Assembly: GCF_964355755.1 (NCBI RefSeq)
Contig: NC_092675.1
Location: forward strand, 23,904,912-23,968,911
Direction: 5' to 3'
Length of the DNA stretch: 64,000 bases
From: Antedon mediterranea
Lineage: Eukaryota > Animalia > Echinodermata
The notes below the pieces were generated by a model. The model saw nothing but the letters and a program-made list of their open reading frames with translations. It searched no databases and had not been told where the DNA came from. A program made the translations under genes and the position numbers. This document shows positions 55,538 to 64,000 of the stretch, piece after piece (positions within the stretch are counted from its first letter, which is position 1; the number at the start of each line of letters is the position of its first letter).

Positions 55538-58056
55538 CAAAATCAGATACTGTAATACAAATTCACAAAAATTTTCCTTTTGTGGTTGCGTACTTTTTAT
55601 CCGGCCTGTCTTCTCGCCCTTGATCTATTTGTTTATTGAAGACTCCCAACGTAAAAAGAAGTTTAACAGAAAGTGTGTGGGCGTTTTTACGTAAAGCCTA
55701 ATATTATTATTTGTAAACACAACCAAAGAATATAATATATCACAACATGTTACCTCTTCGAATCCGAGGTGTTTTTTGGAAACGTAATAAGTACACAACC
55801 ATGGCCCAACTTATTGCATCATCAACAGCCAATGAAACGCCTTGGATTGGATTGGTATTTTAATATATTTAATATTTAAAAATATTGTGACGAATTCCCA
55901 AACATAATTAATATTATAGGCCAGAATAAAATACACGTTGTTGTTATTATGATTGTACTACAATATAAGTCACACGGTATATTGATTTTTTGAACGAGTT
56001 CTAACGCATAGTATGAGGATTGACAAATATTTCTTCTTTTTCTCTTTCATGATTTAACACGCTATTGAGATTTGAAAATAAATTGTGCGATATTAGCATG
56101 AATAAATATTATTTTTGTCATTAAATAAGACCGTATAAATAACAACTCAAATTAGTATAAATATAAACTACAACATCTTGATTTTTATTGGTATTAGTGT
56201 TTGTTCAGCAAATTGCTAGTGCGGCGTGCTATCGGGGTTCTTTTCTGCGTATTAAATTTTGGCCCTCCGGCATTTTAATTATGTTAAAGTAATTTAATAA
56301 ATTAAGTAAATACCAATTGTTTCATAACATGAACGCAATACATTGTATATTTAAGTCAATGACCGCCATAGATGATCAGAGGTGTGACAAAAAATATTCG
56401 AATTAAAGAAAAAGCCTGGAGACCCACATCATCAGAAAATGAACTTATAGTATGAACGTTTACACCAAGACATTTTATCAAAATTAAAAACCGTAGCTAA
56501 CTTTGTGAAGCGTTTCATTAGTTAATTAATTTATTAATTTGTCCATGGTTAATATTTAAAAAGTTGAAAACAAGAAATAGCCTAACAAATACAGAACCAT
56601 TTATAACTAATGTTGAAAACACAGATGGAATATTTATGCTTGGTCACATTTTAAGGCTTGAATAGTGCATTTTAGCAGCTCTAAAATATTTTCAGTACGC
56701 CGCGGAGTGTGGGGATATGACCGGTTGGGCCGCCGACAAGTTGAGCCGCCGGTAATTTCTATGAAACGCCCAGTGCGTCTTTTACGACATTTCGCGTAGT
56801 GATAGAGGGGTGTCCTAGTACATAAGTTCATGGTCTTTAGGTTTATTGTGTCATGAAAATAAATAATAATTACATACTACAATTTTGTTGGTTTGAACAG
56901 CCATAACAACACAGCAAAGGAAAGTAGTCATATTTAATAATTTAATTGTTTTTAATCTTTCAAATCTTTCAAATTCTTTCAAGTGCAGTGCACTCCATAA
57001 TATTTTTCTCGCGTAAAATCATGTTGTCTCTCAGGACTAAGAGTATTGATACTCTTCGAATGAGGTTAAATAATAATTATTTTTTATCTACTATCTTTTA
57101 ATATCATATTTTATTGAATTTTACAATGTTAATACACAAAATATTTTACTAAAAAACGGTGATTTTATGCAATTATTTTACCGAAAAATGGAGTAGGCCT
57201 AGTTCATACAACTGCCGCCTAAGGGGGCAACATGTTTACGTCAATTTTGGCTAAAAACGATCATTTTCGGTCATGTTTTAGGCCTTATATTTTGGAATCT
57301 ACAAGTCAGATATTCATAATTATTTCTCTTTAATTATAATATTTAATAATATATACTAAAAACCGTGATATATAAACTTTGGAATATGCATCGTTATATC
57401 TAATAATTAATATAAATAGAACTTCTATTAAATAGAAACGAGCACCGGCGAAAGTAAGCATTTGGCGTTTCATAGAAAATAACGTTTTTCTGGCGGCGGC
57501 TCAACTTGTCGGCGGCTCAACTTGGCCTAATCCGGAGCGTGACCAACGGGTCTTTTCACAACTTTATTTAACGACTTTATTTATCTACTAAACTGTGGCC
57601 TTACAAATTATTTTAATAAACTGAGAGAAACTGCAGCAAATCGTGGTCAAATTTATTTTAATTACTGTACTATTATAGCTTGTTTATGCAAGAAAGACAT
57701 TACTAATTATTTATAAAAGAGAAAATTTTCATTATGAAATGTTAGTCGTAATCCCAGTCCCAAATACCCATTGTATTGTCGAGTCAGCTAGCCGTTGTAG
57801 AAGCTTTCGTGACGTGATACAGTTTCCCAAAAGAACCATTTCCGCTACACAATTATACCTCGTTTATGTGTGACGTTTTCACATCCGTGTTGGTGATATC
57901 GTCGCGATCTCTCTCTCCCCCCCCCCCCCCCTTTCCCATGGAAAGTGTGGTGGCGGTATACTCTTCATTGTTTATTATATTATTGTACCACCGTTGTTGA
58001 TTGATCATACTTTTTTGGCCTAGGCCTAGTATTATTGAATTTGGCAATTTAATATG
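55538..58056. promoter_or_regulatory. Putative divergent promoter region with non-coding first exons of the two MS4A-like genes
   Basis: Minus-strand donor G|GTAAG at 55537 and plus-strand donor GTAAGT at 58056, each near TAGGCCTAG-rich sequence; CCAAT/ATTGG boxes ~55829-55855; TGACGT motifs ~57810 and 57871. Confidence 0.4.
56696..57540. mobile_element. TIR element between the two MS4A-like 5' ends
   Basis: GCCGCCGACAAGTTGAGCCGCC..TTTCTATGAAACGCC inverted as GGCGTTTCATAGAAA..GGCGGCTCAACTTGTCGGCGGC; outer ends approximate. Confidence 0.7.
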
Positions 58057-58472
58057 TAAGTATGGAGTATTATATATCATAAATACTGTAGGCTTAACCA
58101 CCCAACCACCCTTTTCAATGTACCATTAGTATAATATACAGTACCAGTGGTATTGTAACAAGTTTTTCCCTGATACTGTATATTGATATACAGTACTACT
58201 ACTAAGTTGGAATTTACATGCATTGTGAAATAGCTCTATTTCCTCAATATATTAAAACTAAAGTCACATGTCTGATAGAGTCAGATGGATGGTTGATGGT
58301 ATGGTGTTATTGTTGTTGCATTATTTGTTGTGTCTTTTTTTTACTTATCTATATAGTTTAAATATATTTTTTTTAAACTTACACTACAGGAAAGAATAGA
58401 TTTTTTTTTATACTCATCAGAAATAATACCATAATAAAGTTTTGTATTTTTTGTTTCTAGCTCGCTTGAAAA

Positions 58473-58688
58473 ATGAATTCTCAACCAACCGTTTGTGTCG
58501 CCCAACCTTATTATGGCCATCAAAACCAGCGCAAATGTTGTCCACTTCAGTGCTCCAAAAAAGCACAGTTGGTTTTTGGAATTCTCATGATATTGACAGC
58601 AGTTACTTCTGTTGCATTTGGCATTGCTTCTATTGTTATGCCAACATTCATTTATGGATTCTTTGGTAGTGGACTGTGGGGTGGGGCA
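58473..58688 (+). CDS. MS4A-like B coding exon 1
   Basis: MNSQP...CSKKAQLVFGILMILTAVTSVAFGIASIVMPTFIYGFFGSGLWGGA|gtaagt. Confidence 0.85.
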
Positions 58689-61600
58689 GTAAGTATGGAC
58701 TTCATTATCTAAATTTGTTAATTAGGTTTACACACATCACCAGTAGGTGATATTTCTTGCAAATGATAGGGCTTTAAAACAATCTTACTTATTTTTAATT
58801 TACAGTAAAACTCTTCATTAGGAGACCTATTCAGCAGAAACCTCTATTAATTAAAGGGACATTTTCTTGTGAAACAAATGACTATACACTGTTTACAAAG
58901 TTAATTTACTACAATATAGTAGCTTTACTCAAATAATTTTGGAATTTGTCCTTGCCTATGAATAACAAATATGCAAAAACATATAATTTGTCATAATGAG
59001 GAATTATTTTTATATGTTTTTTTACATTGTCCATGTAGTTTAGTCAGTGACTGAAGAACATAGAACTAACTTTATTTTTCAGATTGTCTTGACAGCTGGA
59101 ATATTGTGTCTGTGTTCTAGTAAAACCGACAACAAATGTGTTGTAAGTATTATTTTGTCATTAATTGTTTACAATTTTGTTTACTTAATTTTAGAGATGA
59201 ACTCTGACAGAATTCACTGAGGCATGTAACTTTTAATACCATCATACCAACTCAATATACATTTCAATTCAATTATTTATTATTGTCAAGCACTCTGGCT
59301 TGAAATAAAATATGACAAAATGGGAATTGATTGATTCCCATTCCCACTTCAGAGCAGTATTTATTGCCAGTTAAGTTACAATGTTTAAACTGGTCAACTT
59401 TAAGCCTAGTATGTTGAATTGGTACAAATTGTACTTTCTTTCAGGCTGTCAGTGCTCTTGTGATGAACATTATCTCAATCTTGGTGGCTATTGATCAGAT
59501 GACATTGATGAGTATAGCTGCTGGAAGTGAGTACGATTATGAAGATGAAGATCGTTGTCATTGGAATTATTTTTCACACTTTCAGTATGAAGACTGTGTA
59601 GGTATTTTCAAAACATTTGTAAATCCTTGAATCCAAAAAAATCAGCTGTGTGAGATCAACGATACAAATTAAAGCCATTATGGCTTATTGTAATGAAATC
59701 CACACACAATCAAATGTTATATTATAATTTATAATAATTGTAAATACAGTGTAATATGTTGTGTAAAATAAAACTGTAACTGAATTATTACTTGTAGTCA
59801 AACAAAAAACTATATCTGTTATGAAAGTAGGACGACCACATTCATTCACGTCCGTATTCATAAACGTTTCCCCAAATAAGTAGTAGCAAAAAGTAGTTTT
59901 GACGCGAATTCAACAAAATATAGGTTAACAAACACAAGGAGACACTTTTTTGTCATCTTTCGGTAAAACTAAGTGCCTTGTGTTTAAACAATTAGGCCTA
60001 TGTGTTGACTATTACCATCTTGTTTATGCACACCTCATACATTATACGAAGTGGATAACTTCAAAAAATCTATTAGTAGGCCTTAGCTTTTTTCCATTGA
60101 TGTACTGTAATAAGTTGGGCTCTATAATATGGTACCAACAGCTTAAATCAGGGTTTTTTTTTAATCCTTAGTTACTTTCATTTGGTCCATCAGAAATAAA
60201 GTTACTTGCTCATTTTTAGTCATTTTGTCTTTTTTAGGCGGCAGAAGTAGCTATAGATGGAGTGCTAATTGCTATTGGTGCTGTTGAACTTGGACTTGCA
60301 ATCACTTGTGTCTGTCTGTTGTCTGTATCTGTTTGCTGTTCAGGCACCAGGCAAACAATTGGGGTAATAACATTTTTCCATATATTTGACCAACCTGAAA
60401 TACGTACTTGAGCTTTCAACCCTTAACCTACAAAAGGGACTTTACGAAACACGACGGGAAGCCACAGGACAGTGCTCATGAATAATGTATGCATGAGCTT
60501 TAATTAAGTGGGCGGAGCTTAGGGTGAAATTCTGTCGTCTTAACTTTTTGAGGACGATAAAGTTGCCATTTTCCCGTTTACAGAAAACGACTAGAGATAA
60601 TGTACACATATCCTTAAATAGATAGTTCAAAATACACTTAAAAGTGGAAATTTCAAAACTCTAAACAATATTTGAACTTCTAATTTAATTGTTTAATGAA
60701 ATAACATTGTTATTTGGTTAAAATGGCTGTATTAAAAGCGCGTTTGAATGCGAGGGTCCTAGCTAGAAGGCTAGGCCTATGCTGTTCCACCAGAACCAAG
60801 CGATTCAGAAGGAGGAAGAAGACAGGTGAGCGCAGAGGGAGATACTGTCGGTCTTGAGTCGTCTTCGCGCAAGGGTGCATTGACTGTATATGATTTTACG
60901 CTCTAGCGAACATAAGATATTTGTTGTCCTTCCCTAAAGTCTCATGCTTACAGAGTGAGAATAGCATCCCATGCCTCACTTCCACTCACTTTGTTTCATT
61001 CTCAGAAAAAAAAGTTGCAGGCTCAGGTCAATAAGCCTGACAGATAATTAGAAAGATCAATAGTAGCTTAGTGGGGTTAATTTTATCGTAAGGTGACTCC
61101 TGACGTCATTAGGTTATACAGTAGTATGTTATTGTTATGCTAAATCTTTCTTCTTGTCAGAAAACAGAACAGAACAGTTTTGTGATATCTGAGTTTGTTT
61201 AGCTTTGCTTCAATGGCTATTATTTGCTGTTACATTTAAAGAAATCAGTGTTTATTGAATTGAAATGGGAATACTGCATCATTGTGTTTTGGTCAGCTAG
61301 TTTTCATTTTATGTGTTTATTTGACCAACAAACCATAATATAAAATATTCAGATGAATTGGTCAGGGACTGCTAAACAATGATCTTAACTAAAATAAATT
61401 TATAGTAAACAATATATTTAGACGATATAGTATATATTCACAAACTAACTGTGATATTTTTTTTTTCAGATGATCCAGCAGCCTTTGTTACTGCACCATG
61501 GAGGTTCCAGTGCTGCAGCAACCCCAGGTACTAAACATGGTCTTTATTACAGATACAAATTTTGCAATGACAAGCACTCATATTTAGTACAACTGCTTTA

Positions 61601-62254
61601 CTACTTTAATGTAATAAGTTACTTATTCTACTGAAAGTAGTATGTGTTCATTGTCACTTGCCAATTACTCAAATGACAGTCTTGAACTTTCTAAAATAAG
61701 GATAGTGATGTAATGCGTGAAAATGTGAAAATCTTATTAGAAATTCTTTATGATGACCTACCAGTATGTTTTACTTCAAAATTTAATTCCTGAAAATGAT
61801 ATACTGTAAAAGGTATCACTTTTCGACATGAGTGATACAGTTATCACTATTTACTGGTAACATACCTACAATTTAAAACACATCACCAATGCTAGTTGTA
61901 CAATTTTTGTTACTGGCATTTAATGACATGTTGTTCTCTTTTCCAGTTTTCCCACCACAAACTCACTTTGTTACACCATCTGGTCAAATGTATGTTCACC
62001 AGCCACCGCGAATGCAACAATATGCTGCTTCTCAATCACAGCAGCTACCAACTGGTAATCAGCAACAGTATCCAGAAGCCAGCAATCCTCAGGGAAAACC
62101 CTTTGATCAGCAGTCTGGTCAGCCTACCGGTGCTGCTCCACCTCCTCAACAGTACCAAGCAGATCATCTACTTCAACAGAACCCTGCTGGTGGGGAAGCC
62201 AGACATGAGGGAATTAACCCTCACTTTCTGCCACCTTACAGTGAAAATAACTAA
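58473..62254 (+). CDS. MS4A/CD20-like four-TM protein, paralog B (~306 aa, 6 coding exons)
   Basis: Exons 58473-58688, 59083-59142, 59445-59597, 60238-60363, 61470-61527 and 61947-62254. Exon-by-exon similarity to paralog A and the same intron phases (0,0,0,0,1). Confidence 0.85.
59083..59142 (+). CDS. MS4A-like B coding exon 2
   Basis: IVLTAGILCLCSSKTDNKCV|gtaagt. Confidence 0.85.
59445..59597 (+). CDS. MS4A-like B coding exon 3
   Basis: AVSALVMNIISILVAIDQMTLMSIAAGSEYDYEDEDRCHWNYFSHFQYEDC|gtaggt. Confidence 0.85.
60238..60363 (+). CDS. MS4A-like B coding exon 4
   Basis: AAEVAIDGVLIAIGAVELGLAITCVCLLSVSVCCSGTRQTIG. Confidence 0.85.
60435..60943. mobile_element. MITE (same family as 13657-14189), copy 2
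   Basis: Colinear similarity; right TIR partly deleted. Confidence 0.8.
61470..61527 (+). CDS. MS4A-like B coding exon 5
   Basis: MIQQPLLLHHGGSSAAATP; phase 0-1. Confidence 0.8.
61947..62254 (+). CDS. MS4A-like B terminal exon (P/Q-rich tail)
   Basis: FPPQTHFVTPSGQMYVHQPP...NPHFLPPYSENN*. Confidence 0.85.
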
Positions 62255-64000
62255 ACTGTTTTGGTTTAAATACAGTATATGCTCTGTTTTATAAGCTTAC
62301 TTGTACATAGACATCCATTTTAAAATTTAGTTTCCATTTTGTCATGCTTGTAAATTTTCATTATACTTCGCATGCACTATAGGTAGAGTATTAAAAAATG
62401 AATTGCAGTTGGACATGCTTTTTGTCATATATACCAGTACATTACTTGATATACAAAATTATAGATAATCTTATACCCAGGCATATACTGTATCACATAT
62501 CAGCTTACCCAGAAAAATCCAGTAACCACAGTTTCAACCATTCACAAATAATAGACGTATTCGGCTGATCAATCGCAAACACTTCGCAGTTTATATATGC
62601 ATATAAACAGTGAGTTTGACGAGCTAGATCTGTTTGAATTTCTGATTTTAGAAACTAGTTGAAATGTTAAAAAATTAGTGTTGATTTAAAGGTGAATATA
62701 TTACAGGAACTGTTATATAAATGTTACTTAAAAAAATAATAAGATTATATTTTACTCAGACAAGATGATAGTGATAGTGTTTAGTGATTTACACTCTAAA
62801 GTGTAGATATTTTTTATTACCTATGGTGATTGGTTATTTTAACATGCTTTATAAAATGCAACATGTTTCACTGGTCACCATATACTGTACATTTTATTTC
62901 AGTAGTATTTGCACATATATGTTTTATTATTTTTGATTGGAAATAAAATAAATAAATCACTACTGTCCCAAATAAAACAATAATATTACAAAATTGTGTA
63001 GAGATAATTGTTGACCAGTTGAGAATGTTGCTTAACATATAAATCTATTTTAAATAGTATTTTTAATGGTAAAAATGTGTTGTTTTTGTGTAGTGTACAA
63101 CACTTTTGATGAATAAAGCTGATCCATTTTTAGCATTCATAAACTTTCTTTTTAAGTTTCTTAATAACTTGTTGCAGTCCTGTAAAACATACATTGTACA
63201 GTATAGTATATAAAATATCTGATTTCTTCTTCTAGTATGATGTTTGTTTGCAGACGACTTGTTCTCCATTGTTCAGAGCTCTCTATCAATGTATGCATTG
63301 ATGTTCATGAGCTAATGACGATTGCTTTTATAATATTTAAAACCATGGACCTAAATTAGATTTATGTGGGTCCATGAATTGAAGGGTCGAAGAAGTCTTT
63401 TATACCTCCCTGATTTACCATTTGAATTTAACCCAACAAAATGACAATTACGACTAGTCTTCATGGTATTCAGGGAAGAGTGAAATTGGACTCTTCTCTA
63501 ATTGGCCTACCACATTATAATATGTCGAAATAGGCAAAATTCAGCATATATAACTTATTTTCAGGTCGTCGCGGTTTTTTTTTTTTTTTTGGTGTTTAGT
63601 AAATGTTCATAAAACGCACTCTAGCAGGTCTACTGTTTTTATGTGGTCATTATATTAGAAATGCATCATTTTAAAATGACTGAACCCTGATAATCCACAA
63701 AATGATTATAGGGCTCCTAGTTTTGGTTTGACTTAATATTAGTAGAAAGAAAAATATTTTGGCACATATGGCGTTTCATACGTATACTAATTGAGCTTGT
63801 AAACTCGGACAAAAATCGAAATAAAAAATAAATAAATAAAAAAAGACAATAAATGCAGTCTTTCTTACGATTATGTGTTTTAATATTAGAGCGCTTACAT
63901 TTTTGAAAAAAACTTTTGCGTCGATCCATAGAGATATTATAGTGACTATAATATCTCTATGGTCGATCCTAATGCATCTTGATTAACAAGAAACAAAATG

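Overview
AT-rich, intron-rich eukaryotic (metazoan) DNA. An invertebrate deuterostome such as an echinoderm is my inference from gene content and repeat style, not something the sequence proves. Most entries in the supplied ORF track are single exons or spurious repeat-derived ORFs. (1) 684-31727 (+): the last 43 visible exons of a large single-pass membrane protein whose 5' end lies upstream of the window. Order: 15 EGF (with one S/T/P linker exon), SEA domain (FSQG|SIVA autoproteolysis motif), 19 EGF, CUB, 4 EGF, TM, short tail ending VYRV*. Each EGF is on its own symmetric phase 1-1 exon. (2) Two divergently oriented paralogous tetraspan MS4A/CD20-like genes, 35713-49277 (-) and 58473-62254 (+), with identical intron phases and P/Q/Y-rich tails ending in PPAY / LPPY. 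(3) A young 3176-bp Ty3/Gypsy LTR element (39727-42902) with apparently identical LTRs, TSD, tRNA-Ser PBS and PPT. It keeps open gag and integrase frames but lacks protease, RT and most of RNase H. It sits in a TE pile-up in an MS4A intron next to a degraded kinase-like fragment and a 19-bp satellite. (4) A tandemly duplicated 2373-bp foldback-type element, many MITEs, 25-37 bp palindromic insertions with 5-bp TSDs, a perfect 102-bp palindrome, and duplicated decoy splice sites. All exon models were read by eye without transcript evidence.
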